Shown here one piece after another: positions 1 to 9,415 of a stretch of DNA of 32,000 nt. The notes beneath the pieces were generated by a model, which saw only the letters and a program-made list of their open reading frames with translations, was not told the origin of the DNA and searched no databases. The first letter of the stretch is position 1. Each line of letters starts with the position of its first letter. Source of the stretch: Geobacter metallireducens GS-15 (GTDB lineage: Bacteria; Desulfobacterota; Desulfuromonadia; Geobacterales; Geobacteraceae). The translations under genes were made by a program, and so were the position numbers. The stretch is from positions 2,100,001-2,132,000 of the forward strand of contig NC_007517.1 of NCBI RefSeq assembly GCF_000012925.1, read 5' to 3'.

Positions 1-594
1 GATGTTGGTGTAATTAAGGCCATGACCGGCATTGATACCGAGACCGAGCTTGGCGCCAAGCTTAATGGCGTTCCCAATCCGCTCCAACTCATCCTGCTCG
101 GACTTCCAATCCTTTGCGTCGGCAAAGGCCCCGGTGTGTATCTCGATGTAGTCGGATCCAACCTTGCTGGAAGCCTTCACCTGGTCGGGGTCGGGATCGA
201 CAAAGAGGCTCACCGCGATGCCGCCATTCTGGAGCCTTTCCACCGCTTCAGCAATCCCCTGCATGGCAATTCGCACATCCAGTCCACCTTCGGTAGTGAG
301 CTCCTGACGCTTTTCGGGAACGAGAGTGCACATGTCGGGCTTTACGGAGAGGGCTATGGCAACCATCTCTGCCGTTGCCGCCATCTCCAGATTGAGCTTG
401 GTCTTCACGGTTTGGCGAAGGAGTTTCAGGTCCCGGTCCTGGATATGACGGCGGTCTTCCCGCAGGTGAATGGTAATCCCGTCGGCTCCGGCCAACTCCG
501 CCAGAGCGGCGGCAGCCACGGGATCGGGTTCCACTCCTCCCCTCGCCTGCCTGATTGTTGCCACGTGGTCAATATTTACGCCAAGCTTTGCCAC
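1..594 (-). CDS. pdxJ: pyridoxine 5'-phosphate synthase PdxJ (3' end runs off the left edge of the window)
   Basis: My own minus-strand translation from GTG at 594..592 reads (M)[55 protein letters not shown]...[13 protein letters not shown] and stays open to base 1. This is the conserved PdxJ N-terminus and core. The start abuts the glmM stop (595..597). It is absent from the ORF track because no stop lies inside the window. The 22..963 + ORF is its antisense shadow. Confidence 0.85.
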   Translation of the reverse strand, partial: MAKLGVNIDHVATIRQARGGVEPDPVAAAALAELAGADGITIHLREDRRHIQDRDLKLLRQTVKTKLNLEMAATAEMVAIALSVKPDMCTLVPEKRQELTTEGGLDVRIAMQGIAEAVERLQNGGIAVSLFVDPDPDQVKASSKVGSDYIEIHTGAFADAKDWKSEQDELERIGNAIKLGAKLGLGINAGHGLNYTNI

Positions 595-1950
595 CTACTT
601 CCCTCCGATCTTCTTCTCAACCAGGTCGGCAATCTCCTTGGCCCACCCGGTAATCTGGTATTTGTCCTGACCTTCCAGCATGATCCGCAACAGCGGCTCA
701 GTGCCGGAATAGCGGATGAGGATGCGCCCCTCGTCCTTCAGTTTATCTTCTACCCCCCGGATGAGTGCAGCCACCTCGGGGATCGTCATGATATCCTTTT
801 TCTCGGTAACCCGCACATTGACGAGGACCTGGGGAAGCGGAATCATCACCTCGGCCAGCTCGGAGAGAGTCTTGCCGCTTCGACGCATGATGGCGAGGAC
901 CTGGAGGGCGGAGAGCATCCCGTCCCCCGTGGTGTTGTGATCAAGGAAGATCATGTGCCCTGACTGCTCGCCGCCGAGGTTGTAGCCTCCCTTCAGCATC
1001 TCCTCCACCACGTAGCGGTCCCCGACTGCCGTCTTGATCACCTTCCCGCCAGCCTTTTTCACGGCTATGTCGAGCCCCATATTGCTCATAACCGTTGCCA
1101 CGAGGGTATTCTTGCGGAGTTTCTTATGTTTGAGCATATCTGTGGCGCAGATGGCCATGATGTGGTCGCCGTCCACCTCGTTGCCGAATTCGTCCACAAA
1201 AATGACCCGGTCGGCGTCGCCGTCAAGGGCTATGCCCAGATCGGCCCGGTGCTCCTTGACTGCCTCGCTGATCACCTCGGGGTGAAGCGATCCGAAGCCG
1301 GCATTGATGTTAGTGCCGTTGGGCTTGATGCCGTAGGGAATGACCTCCGCCCCAAGCTCCTCCAGGACTGCCGGCGCCACCTTGTAGGCGGCACCGTTGG
1401 CGCAGTCGAGGACGATCTTCATCCCCGTGAGATCAAGCTCCTTGGGGAAGGTGTTCTTGAGAAAGACCACATAGCGCCCCACCGCATCGTCGATCCGGTA
1501 GGCCTTCCCCACCTCGGTGGCAATGGGGCGCAGGGAATCGATCTTCTTGGAAAAGATCAGCTCCTCGATCTTGAGTTCCATCTCATCGGGGAGCTTGAAA
1601 CCATCCCGGGAGAAGAACTTGATGCCGTTATCCTGAAAAGCGTTGTGGGATGCCGAGATGACCACTCCCGCGTCAGCCCGCATGGACGAGGTGATATTGG
1701 CAATGCCCGGGGTTGGCAGTGGCCCTACCACGAGTACGTCTACTCCCATGGAACAGATACCGGCCACCAGGGCGTTCTCCAGCATGTAACCGGAAAGGCG
1801 GGTATCCTTGCCAATGACGATCCGGTGCCGCCGGTTGCCGTTCTTGAACAGATAGGCTGCGGCACGGCCGATCTGCATGGCCATTTCCGTCGTCATGGGA
1901 TAAACGTTCGCCACGCCGCGAACGCCATCAGTACCGAAAAGCTTCTTCAT
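595..1950 (-). CDS. glmM: phosphoglucosamine mutase
   Basis: 451-aa ORF. It has the N-terminus [15 protein letters not shown], the phosphoserine loop [16 protein letters not shown] and the metal loop LDGDADRV. It lies downstream of cdaA-cdaR, as in the conserved cdaA-cdaR-glmM module. Confidence 0.95.
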   Translation of the reverse strand: MKKLFGTDGVRGVANVYPMTTEMAMQIGRAAAYLFKNGNRRHRIVIGKDTRLSGYMLENALVAGICSMGVDVLVVGPLPTPGIANITSSMRADAGVVISASHNAFQDNGIKFFSRDGFKLPDEMELKIEELIFSKKIDSLRPIATEVGKAYRIDDAVGRYVVFLKNTFPKELDLTGMKIVLDCANGAAYKVAPAVLEELGAEVIPYGIKPNGTNINAGFGSLHPEVISEAVKEHRADLGIALDGDADRVIFVDEFGNEVDGDHIMAICATDMLKHKKLRKNTLVATVMSNMGLDIAVKKAGGKVIKTAVGDRYVVEEMLKGGYNLGGEQSGHMIFLDHNTTGDGMLSALQVLAIMRRSGKTLSELAEVMIPLPQVLVNVRVTEKKDIMTIPEVAALIRGVEDKLKDEGRILIRYSGTEPLLRIMLEGQDKYQITGWAKEIADLVEKKIGGK

Positions 1951-1973
1951 ATAACAACTCCTGGATAGCGAAA

Positions 1974-2381
1974 TTACGGTTTCTGGACTGTTTTGGAACG
2001 GATCAGCCTTACTTCAACCGTTGCAGGAAAAAGACGGGTGATTGTTGCTTCCCGAGGGAGACCGAGCCTGCGTTCAAGACCCGTGAACAGCGTGGTTCCC
2101 TCGCCCACCCCCCGTGCGTCGAGCGGAATGATAATCCTTTCACTACGGAGCTTCAATAAAAGAATTTTCGGCCCGGCAACGGTTACTGAGGCCTCCGTGG
2201 GAACGGCGCTAGCCACAGAAAAGCCGGGAGGTAGGTTGCGCAGTTCCAGGGGCACCGTAAGTTCCAGTTCGGCGGTGCGTCCTCCGGATACGCCACCCCA
2301 TACGATCACTGCCAGAATGAGGGAAAGAAGCTTGAGGTCCCAGTTGGTTGAGAAATTGTTCCAGTTCATGACGACAGCCAT
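1974..2381 (-). CDS. cdaR: YbbR-domain protein (CdaR-like regulator of diadenylate cyclase), short single-domain form
   Basis: 135-aa ORF with an N-terminal TM helix ([16 protein letters not shown]) followed by one YbbR-like repeat ([14 protein letters not shown]...VTVAGP...). It sits between cdaA and glmM. An alternative start at 2369 (MNWNNF) forms an ATGA overlap with the cdaA stop. Confidence 0.7.
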   Translation of the reverse strand: MAVVMNWNNFSTNWDLKLLSLILAVIVWGGVSGGRTAELELTVPLELRNLPPGFSVASAVPTEASVTVAGPKILLLKLRSERIIIPLDARGVGEGTTLFTGLERRLGLPREATITRLFPATVEVRLIRSKTVQKP

Positions 2382-3142
2382 TGGGGCTCTATGAGCCGTT
2401 TGAGAGCTTTACGGAGACTACCCCCATCGGGCATGGGCATAAGTTTGCCACCGATAACCACAGACATCTGGCCTGTCTCCTCGGAAACCACGAGGGCCAC
2501 GGCATCAACCACTTCAGTAAGCCCCAAGGCTGCCCGGTGTCGGGTGCCAAGGCTCTTGCTGATGGCCGGGTTCTGGGAGAGGGGGAGAAAACAGCCGGCC
2601 TTTGTCAGTTTACCACGCTGGATAACGACAGCACCGTCATGGATGGGCGAATAGGGGAGAAAAATAGAGGTTAGAATCTCGCTCGTTATCTTTGCATCGA
2701 TCTCGGTTCCGGTCTGGAGGTGGGCCGAGACTCCCATCTCACGTTCGATCACGATAAGAGCACCATGCCGGCGGGCTGAAAGATCAGCCAGCGCCGTTGT
2801 AAGGCCGTCGATGGCCTCAGAGGCCTCTTCAACCTCATAATCCCTTTCCTTGCCACTCCTTCCCAGGCTGACCAGCGCACGACGCAGGTCATGCTGGAAC
2901 ACAATGACGAGTATGATGATGAAGGAGCCGAACAGAGACCTCAAAATCCAGTGAAGTGTGTCAAGGCCGACAAGACTGGTAAGAAAGTAAAGTGTGCCGA
3001 GAATGGCAAGAATGAGAAGAAGGCGTGCGGCTACCTTCCCCTTCAGGAGAAGGATAACCCGGTAGATAATGAAGGTGACGAGCGTGATGTCTACCAGATC
3101 TCGCCACCCGAAAAGCTGAAGGGAATCGGGCATCGTAGGCAC
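2366..3142 (-). CDS. cdaA: diadenylate cyclase CdaA (DisA_N/DAC domain, membrane anchored)
   Basis: 258-aa ORF with three predicted N-terminal TM helices and the DAC-domain motifs PIHDGAVVI and GTRHRAALGLTEVVDAVALVVSEETGQMSV. Confidence 0.9.
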   Translation of the reverse strand: MPTMPDSLQLFGWRDLVDITLVTFIIYRVILLLKGKVAARLLLILAILGTLYFLTSLVGLDTLHWILRSLFGSFIIILVIVFQHDLRRALVSLGRSGKERDYEVEEASEAIDGLTTALADLSARRHGALIVIEREMGVSAHLQTGTEIDAKITSEILTSIFLPYSPIHDGAVVIQRGKLTKAGCFLPLSQNPAISKSLGTRHRAALGLTEVVDAVALVVSEETGQMSVVIGGKLMPMPDGGSLRKALKRLIEPQWLSS

Positions 3143-3195
3143 CAGGCCGCTGGAAGTTCGGCGGCGTTACAAACACGGAAAGCTCGTTCAGTGAA

Positions 3196-4068
3196 TCAAT
3201 ACGCGTGGGGGTGAAGCACGGCATGGGCCATATCCGCCACGTCGCGCATCTCACGTACTTCGTGGACCCGAATGATGGAGGCACCGTTGGCGACTGCAAG
3301 GGCCACCGTTGCCGCTGTGCCGAACAGGCGTTCATCCACGTTGCGGCCGAGAATGGTACCGATAAACGACTTGCGAGAGGTTCCCACAAGTATGGGGAGT
3401 TGGAGACTGGCAACATCCCGAAGTTGCCTCAGTATCTCGAGGTTGCCCTGAACGCTCTTGGCGAAGCCAATTCCCGGATCAACAACAATCCGTTCCTTGG
3501 AAACTCCAGCGGCTTCCGCAATCAACACGGACTGACGAAGGAAATCAATCACCTCGGCGATCAGGTTGCCATAAGCGGTATCCCTTTGCATGGTGTCGGG
3601 TCTGCCGCGGGTATGCATCACCACCAGCCCGGCATCGGCTTCCGCCACTGTGGCAGCCATGGCCGGGTCAAAGGTAAGGCCGCTTATGTCGTTCACGATT
3701 TCGGCGCCGACGCGGAGCGCCTCACGAGCCACAACAGCCTTGTAGGTATCCACCGAAATCGGCACCGGAATGCGTCCTGCAAGCCGTTCGACCAGAGGAA
3801 TGACCCGCCGAAGTTCCTCATCGGCATCCACCGGTGCAATATTGGGGCGGGTGCTCTCCCCCCCGATATCGACGATGTCCGCCCCCTGTTCAACCATTTG
3901 GTGAGCGCGCTCTTCCGCACGGTCAAGATCAAGGTAGCGGCTGCCGTCGGAAAAGGAGTCAGGGGTTACGTTCAGGATCCCCATGATGCAGGGACGCCGG
4001 GAGAGGTCAAGAGACCGCTTCGCTAGCCTCCAGAAAGACGGAACCACGATTTCATCGGATTTTCCCAT
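3196..4068 (-). CDS. folP: dihydropteroate synthase
   Basis: 290-aa ORF with the motifs ILNVTPDSFSDG, GADIVDIGGESTRP and VDPGIGFAK. Its ATG shares one base with the ftsH stop (TGATG). Confidence 0.93.
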   Translation of the reverse strand: MGKSDEIVVPSFWRLAKRSLDLSRRPCIMGILNVTPDSFSDGSRYLDLDRAEERAHQMVEQGADIVDIGGESTRPNIAPVDADEELRRVIPLVERLAGRIPVPISVDTYKAVVAREALRVGAEIVNDISGLTFDPAMAATVAEADAGLVVMHTRGRPDTMQRDTAYGNLIAEVIDFLRQSVLIAEAAGVSKERIVVDPGIGFAKSVQGNLEILRQLRDVASLQLPILVGTSRKSFIGTILGRNVDERLFGTAATVALAVANGASIIRVHEVREMRDVADMAHAVLHPHAY

Positions 4069-5894
4069 CAGGAGGCAGGAATTTCCTCGGAAGCCGGAAC
4101 CGTTCCCCTGACGGACCTGACGATCTGCTCCACTTCGTCGCCAGTCAGGTTTTCCTTCTCAATAAGCTCCAGGGAAAGCTTGTGGAGAATATCGATGTTG
4201 TCCCTGAGAAGCGTGGTTACGCGGCTGTAACTATCTTCGACGATCTTGCGGATCTCGCCGTCGATCTCCACGGCTGTGGCCTCGCTGTAGTTCTTGTGCA
4301 TGGACATGTCGCGGCCCAGGAAGATCGACTCCTCCTTCTTGCCGAAGGACACGGGGCCCATCTTGTCGCTCATGCCCCATTCGCAGACCATCTTGCGGGC
4401 AAGATCCGTGGCCCGCTCGATATCGTTGCCCGCACCGGTGGTGAGGCTTCCAAAGATGATGTCCTCTGCGGCACGCCCCCCCATGAGAACGGCGATGCGA
4501 TTGAGGAGTGCTTCCTTCGAGTAGCTGTGCTTGTCCTCGCTGGGGAGCTGCATGGTGATTCCCAAGGCCCGGCCGCGGGGGATGATGGAAACCTTGTGAA
4601 CAGGATCGGAACCGGGGATGAGCTTTGCCACCAGGGTATGGCCCGCCTCGTGGTAGGCGGTGTTCTTCTTTTCGTCCTCGGAGATGACCATGCTCCGGCG
4701 CTCGACCCCCATGAGGACCTTGTCCTTGGCATCGTCGAAATCCTGCATATCCACAACACTCTTGTCCTTGCGCGCAGCAAGAAGCGCTGCCTCGTTCACC
4801 ACGTTGGCCAGATCGGCGCCCGAAAAACCGGGGGTTCCGCGGGCAATGACATCGAGATTGACGTTGGGCCCCAGGGGGGTCTTTTTGGTATGAACCTTGA
4901 GGATCATCTCCCGCCCCTTCACGTCGGGCTGGGGAACAACGACCTGGCGGTCGAAGCGGCCGGGACGAAGGAGAGCCGGGTCGAGAACGTCGGGACGGTT
5001 GGTTGCGGCGATCAGAATGACACCCTCGTTGGACTCGAAACCGTCCATTTCAACCAGAAGCTGGTTAAGGGTCTGTTCGCGCTCATCATGTCCGCCGCCG
5101 AGTCCTGCCCCGCGGTGGCGGCCGACAGCGTCGATCTCGTCGATGAAGATGATGCATGGGGCATTCTTCTTCCCCTGGACGAAGAGGTCACGGACTCGGG
5201 ATGCACCGACCCCCACGAACATCTCGACAAAGTCGGAACCGGAGATGGAGAAGAAGGGAACGCCCGCCTCGCCGGCCACGGCACGGGCCAGGAGGGTTTT
5301 GCCGGTTCCCGGAGGGCCAACCAGGAGCACACCTTTGGGGATACGACCGCCGAGCTTGGTAAACTTCTTCGGATCCTTCAGGAACTGGATAATCTCCTCC
5401 AGTTCTTCCTTGGCCTCGTCGACGCCTGCCACGTCCTCGAAGGTGATCCGTCCTTGGGCCTCGGTAAGGAGCTTAGCCCGGCTCTTGCCGAAGGCCATGG
5501 CCTTGCCGCCACCCCCCTGCATCTGACGCATGAAGAATATCCAGACACCCACCAGAAAAAGAAGCGGGAACCAGGAGATGAAGATGGAGAACCAGGAAAC
5601 CTTCTCTTCCTCCGGCTTGGCTGAAATGCTGATCTTCTTCTCGAGAAGCTTGTCCGAGAGCGTGGCGTCCAAGGGCTTGTAGCTTCTGAACTCCTTGCCG
5701 TCGGCAAACTTGCCGATAATTTCATTTCCCTGAATGGTTACCGCATTCACCTTGCCCGCGTCGACGGCGGTGATGAAGTCGCTGTAGCTCAACCGCTCAG
5801 AGGTGGTGCGCGGTTTATTGAACAGGTTAAAGAGAAGAATCATCATCAAGCTGATCACAAGCCAGAGCGCCAGGTTTTTGTAGAACTGGTTCAA
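4068..5894 (-). CDS. ftsH: ATP-dependent zinc metalloprotease FtsH
   Basis: 608-aa ORF with two N-terminal TM segments, the Walker A motif [11 protein letters not shown], an AAA second region of homology, and the zinc motif HEAGH. Confidence 0.97.
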   Translation of the reverse strand: MNQFYKNLALWLVISLMMILLFNLFNKPRTTSERLSYSDFITAVDAGKVNAVTIQGNEIIGKFADGKEFRSYKPLDATLSDKLLEKKISISAKPEEEKVSWFSIFISWFPLLFLVGVWIFFMRQMQGGGGKAMAFGKSRAKLLTEAQGRITFEDVAGVDEAKEELEEIIQFLKDPKKFTKLGGRIPKGVLLVGPPGTGKTLLARAVAGEAGVPFFSISGSDFVEMFVGVGASRVRDLFVQGKKNAPCIIFIDEIDAVGRHRGAGLGGGHDEREQTLNQLLVEMDGFESNEGVILIAATNRPDVLDPALLRPGRFDRQVVVPQPDVKGREMILKVHTKKTPLGPNVNLDVIARGTPGFSGADLANVVNEAALLAARKDKSVVDMQDFDDAKDKVLMGVERRSMVISEDEKKNTAYHEAGHTLVAKLIPGSDPVHKVSIIPRGRALGITMQLPSEDKHSYSKEALLNRIAVLMGGRAAEDIIFGSLTTGAGNDIERATDLARKMVCEWGMSDKMGPVSFGKKEESIFLGRDMSMHKNYSEATAVEIDGEIRKIVEDSYSRVTTLLRDNIDILHKLSLELIEKENLTGDEVEQIVRSVRGTVPASEEIPAS

Positions 5895-5995
5895 GGATAA
5901 CCCCCGTGGATGTGTCCTACGGCCTTTCGGCCATTGTATGTGCGATGTATCTAACTAATTGAAAAAAGCTATCATAACCCATGGCCGTTGACAAG

Positions 5996-7426
5996 TCATT
6001 TAAGGGCAATTCCCGTGCTGGTTCGGACCTCTGCGAGCACGGTGCATACAGTCTTTTCAGTGACACGGGCATGGTGGCCGGTACGGTACCCGCAGACCCA
6101 GACAAGTTCACTGTTGCTGAAAACCAGGGGAACGAGCCGCCGGCGTTCCCGCGGGACTTTCTCGTCGATGAAGATATCCTTGACCTTCTTGGTCCCCGTC
6201 ATTCCGAGGGGGTTGATCCGGTCGCCGGGGCGAAACCCTCTCACCACCCAGGGAAACGGCGCGCAATCAAGGTCAAAGCATGCCCGCTCCGAAGGGAGCG
6301 TTACCAAATCCGCGGGGGGCGAAACGACATCAATCACCATCTCCCCACCATCGGGCAGCGGATAACATCCCGGCCCCTCGATGATGAGTTCATCTTCCCA
6401 CTCAATACCGGCAACTCCCGCCGCCTTGAATGTTACGAGTCCGTAAGCACGAACAACCCCTACCCCTCCCGGTACAGGGATATGGAGGTTCGGTTTTGGT
6501 GATCGGACAAGACCATCTATCTGCAGTACGTGTTTGTAGCTAAGCCCCCGTAACGTTCCCATTGCGAGGGCAACGGCCCGGCGGTAGATACGGTAGCGCA
6601 CTCCCCGTGGCTCACGGAGCAACCCGGCCACGTCAAGAATCACGCCTTCACCGGAGTGCTCCCGTGCAGTCCGCTTCAGAGCCTCGTCAGCAACGGTTTC
6701 AAGCACCTCCTCATCTACGGCAAGAAGATCGGCAGTCACCGCGAGGCGTCGGGAAATCTCAGGATTAAAACGAACGAGATGGGGGATGAGCTCGTGACGG
6801 ATGCGATTACGGAGAAAGGCCGTGTCAGCGTTGGATGAGTCGATACGGAAGCGAAGCCCCCGGCCATGGAGGTACCCTTCAATCTCGGACCGTGAGAGCG
6901 TGAGGAGCGGACGCACGAACCGCCCGTCCCTGCGGGGGGCCATGGCAGAAAGCCCCGTGACGCCAGCCCCTCGAAGAAGCCTCAGCAGCAGGGTCTCGGC
7001 CTGGTCGTCGGCATGGTGGGCAAGGGCCACGGAGCGGGCGCCGTACTGCGTCGCTACCCGGTCGAAGAATTCATAACGGGCACGGCGACCAGCATCCTCC
7101 AGGGAGAGGCGCTCCCGGATACTCAAGGCCCGCACGTCAGCTTTTTCACCTGCGAAAGGAAGGCCGCGGGAGGCGGCGAGGTCGGCGACAAAGCGCTCGT
7201 CTCCGTCAGACTCGGCGCCACGCAGAGAATGGTTCAAGTGGGCGACGACAAGGTTCAAACGGAGGTCTGACAATGAGATGAGGATATCGAGAAGGGCAAC
7301 AGAGTCGGCACCGCCGGAAACGGCAACAACAACCGTATCACCGGGAGTGAAAAGGGAATGCTCAGTGGAAAAGGCAAGGACTTTTGCGTGGACCGATCTC
7401 ACCGGCTCACTCCTGGAAGCTCTCAT
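5996..7426 (-). CDS. tilS: tRNA(Ile)-lysidine synthase
   Basis: 476-aa ORF with the PP-loop VAVSGGADSVALL. It occupies the conserved position upstream of ftsH. Confidence 0.9.
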   Translation of the reverse strand: MRASRSEPVRSVHAKVLAFSTEHSLFTPGDTVVVAVSGGADSVALLDILISLSDLRLNLVVAHLNHSLRGAESDGDERFVADLAASRGLPFAGEKADVRALSIRERLSLEDAGRRARYEFFDRVATQYGARSVALAHHADDQAETLLLRLLRGAGVTGLSAMAPRRDGRFVRPLLTLSRSEIEGYLHGRGLRFRIDSSNADTAFLRNRIRHELIPHLVRFNPEISRRLAVTADLLAVDEEVLETVADEALKRTAREHSGEGVILDVAGLLREPRGVRYRIYRRAVALAMGTLRGLSYKHVLQIDGLVRSPKPNLHIPVPGGVGVVRAYGLVTFKAAGVAGIEWEDELIIEGPGCYPLPDGGEMVIDVVSPPADLVTLPSERACFDLDCAPFPWVVRGFRPGDRINPLGMTGTKKVKDIFIDEKVPRERRRLVPLVFSNSELVWVCGYRTGHHARVTEKTVCTVLAEVRTSTGIALK

Positions 7427-7442
7427 GCAAAGGGGATAAACT

Positions 7443-7469
7443 AAAAAACCCCTCTTAGTCCAAGAGGGG
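7443..7469 (-). terminator. rho-independent terminator downstream of the tRNA
   Basis: Read on the minus strand, the stem is CCCCTCTT / AAGAGGGG (7462..7469 pairs with 7449..7456) with a 5-nt loop. It is followed by TTTTTT (7448..7443). Confidence 0.75.
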
Positions 7470-7481
7470 TCAGTCTAGATA

Positions 7482-7558
7482 TGGTGGCGGTGCAGGGACT
7501 TGAACCCCGGACACTACGGATATGAGCCGTATGCTCTAACCAGCTGAGCTACACCGCC
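7482..7558 (-). tRNA. tRNA with CAU anticodon (elongator tRNA-Met, or tRNA-Ile2 that is lysidine-modified; not resolvable by eye)
   Basis: The reverse complement folds as a 77-nt cloverleaf: GGCGGTG TA GCTC AGCTGGTTA GAGC A TACGG CTCATAT CCGTA GTGTC CGGGG TTCAAGT CCCTG CACCGCC A CCA. The anticodon CAT is at 7522..7524 and the CCA end is encoded. Confidence 0.9.
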
Positions 7559-7573
7559 GCAAAAGAGACGTGA

Positions 7574-7602
7574 CAAATACCCCATCTTTTATCAGGTGTC
7601 AA
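7574..7602 (-). promoter_or_regulatory. sigma70-like promoter for the tRNA
   Basis: On the minus strand there is TTGACA (7602..7597), a 17-nt spacer, and TATTTG (7579..7574), about 15 nt upstream of the tRNA 5' end. Confidence 0.55.
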
Positions 7603-7630
7603 GAAAAAACTCTCACAACACCCCTGTCCC

Positions 7631-9415
7631 TTACTTGGTCAGAGCATTCCGCAAACCCGACCTGCGCTCGACCCGGCGGGCCACGGCGGCATTGAACACC
7701 GCTTCTCCGCACCAGAGTCCAGCCGCCGCGCGGGCGCGGGTGATGCCGGTGTAAAGCAGTTCCCGGGTCAGCACCGGGTTTTCGACGGGGGGGATCACCA
7801 TGAGTATCCTGTCGAACTCGCTCCCCTGGCTCTTGTGGACCGTCATGGCAAAGACCGTTTCGTGGGGCGGCAAGCGCAGAGGCGACACCTTCCGGACACC
7901 TTCGGTTGCGGATGGAAAGAAAACAGCGAGGGTATCGGGATTCTCCGGGTCGGGAAGTGTGATCCCGACGTCGCCGTTGAAGAGTCGCAAAGCGTAATCG
8001 TTGACGGTCACCATGACCGGCCGCCCCCGGTACCAGCGCCGGTTCGGAGAGATGATCCCCCTGCCGGCAAGTATCCGCTCGATTGCACTATTGAGGCCGG
8101 CAACGCCATACCGACCTTCCCGCACGACGCAAAGCACCCGGAACCGGTCGAAGTCGGCCAGGACCGTTGCGGGATCGTCATGGGAGAGGTAATCGCCGTA
8201 TCCCGAAATGACCTCGGGGGCAAGGGCCTGCTCCAGTGCTTCGACGGACGGGGTTTCGCGCCAGGCAACGCCGGAGGTGCCCTCTTCGCGAAGGAGCGCC
8301 AGAGCACTGTCCCCGTCCCCGTCGTTGATGGCGCGACTGAGGGCGCCGATGCCGCTGTCGGCACCAAAACGATAGTTTTTGCGGAGGATAACTAGGGAAT
8401 CGGCAAGGGGTGAAAGTGGTTCATCACCTGAGCCCATTTCCAGACGCTCCCCCGTGGCCTCTTCAACATAGCGACGGAACTCCGTCGAATACATAGGTGT
8501 ATCGCCAGTGTCGCAGATGTCGCCCAGGACGGCGCCGGCTTCCACCGAGGCGAGCTGATCCCGGTCCCCCAGGAGGATGAGGCGGGCCTTGGGCGCCATT
8601 GCCTCCACAAGGCGGGCCATGAGGGGGAGTGCCACCATTGAGGCCTCATCGACCACCACCACGTCGTGGGGTAGCGGGTTCCCCCGGTTGTACCGGAAAC
8701 GGTTTGCCCCCGGAATCACCCCCAGGAGCCGGTGGATGGTCGTCACATCATCAGGAATCCGGTCCTGCACCGGGGTCAAGCCGGCAAGCCCTTCCCTGGC
8801 CCCGCGGATCGCATCCTTGAGCCGCGCGGCAGCCTTTCCCGTGGGCGCCGTGAGGGCGATGCCCAGCCCGTCGTCGCCGGATTGCTCCAGGAGCAGGGCG
8901 ATGATCTTGACGACGGTGGAGGTCTTTCCGGTTCCCGGCCCGCCGGAAATGACCGTGAAGCCGCTGCGCAGTGCGGCTGCCGCCGCTATCCGCTGCCAGT
9001 CGGTCTCCCCCCCATCGGTGGGAGGGCCGAAGAGCCGTACCACCCCCTCTCCCAGCAAACGGCAATCCACCGGATAGGTCCGCCCAGCGTTATCTCTTAT
9101 TTTTTCAGCAAGTTCCCTCTCATACTTCCAGTATCGGTAGAGGTAGAGCCGGGTATCGTCAAGGATCAGCGTGGCAAATTCACCGGGACTTCCCACAACA
9201 CCGGATGAGCGCAGGAGTTCGGTATAGCAGCCGCTCTCCTCTTCCCCTTCCGCTTCAGCGGCGAGGTCGACACAGATGTGTCCCTGGCCAACTGCATTGC
9301 TCACCCGGAGGGCCGCCCGCCGCAACTCATCGCTCCCGTTCCCGGCAAGGCGGCAGATAAAATCGGCGAAACGGAAATCTATGTCGCGGTAGTCGCTGGT
9401 TTCAGGCGCCATCAT
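7631..9415 (-). CDS. recD: exodeoxyribonuclease V alpha subunit RecD
   Basis: 594-aa ORF with the SF1 helicase motifs ISGGPGTGKTS, VVVDEASMV and TVHKSQGSEF. It overlaps the recB stop by 14 nt. Confidence 0.92.
   Translation of the reverse strand: MMAPETSDYRDIDFRFADFICRLAGNGSDELRRAALRVSNAVGQGHICVDLAAEAEGEEESGCYTELLRSSGVVGSPGEFATLILDDTRLYLYRYWKYERELAEKIRDNAGRTYPVDCRLLGEGVVRLFGPPTDGGETDWQRIAAAAALRSGFTVISGGPGTGKTSTVVKIIALLLEQSGDDGLGIALTAPTGKAAARLKDAIRGAREGLAGLTPVQDRIPDDVTTIHRLLGVIPGANRFRYNRGNPLPHDVVVVDEASMVALPLMARLVEAMAPKARLILLGDRDQLASVEAGAVLGDICDTGDTPMYSTEFRRYVEEATGERLEMGSGDEPLSPLADSLVILRKNYRFGADSGIGALSRAINDGDGDSALALLREEGTSGVAWRETPSVEALEQALAPEVISGYGDYLSHDDPATVLADFDRFRVLCVVREGRYGVAGLNSAIERILAGRGIISPNRRWYRGRPVMVTVNDYALRLFNGDVGITLPDPENPDTLAVFFPSATEGVRKVSPLRLPPHETVFAMTVHKSQGSEFDRILMVIPPVENPVLTRELLYTGITRARAAAGLWCGEAVFNAAVARRVERRSGLRNALTK

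Noticed and set aside
22-963. 313-aa plus-strand ORF at the left edge.
   Set aside because: It is antisense to pdxJ and the 3' end of glmM, both of which have unmistakable family motifs. Its composition (Gly/Pro/His/Leu-rich, low complexity) is typical of a shadow ORF in high-GC DNA.
7482-7631. The tRNA as an integration hotspot or genomic-island border.
   Set aside because: No integrase is nearby, there is no direct repeat of the tRNA 3' end, and the flanking genes (tilS, recD) are core genes of normal GC content.
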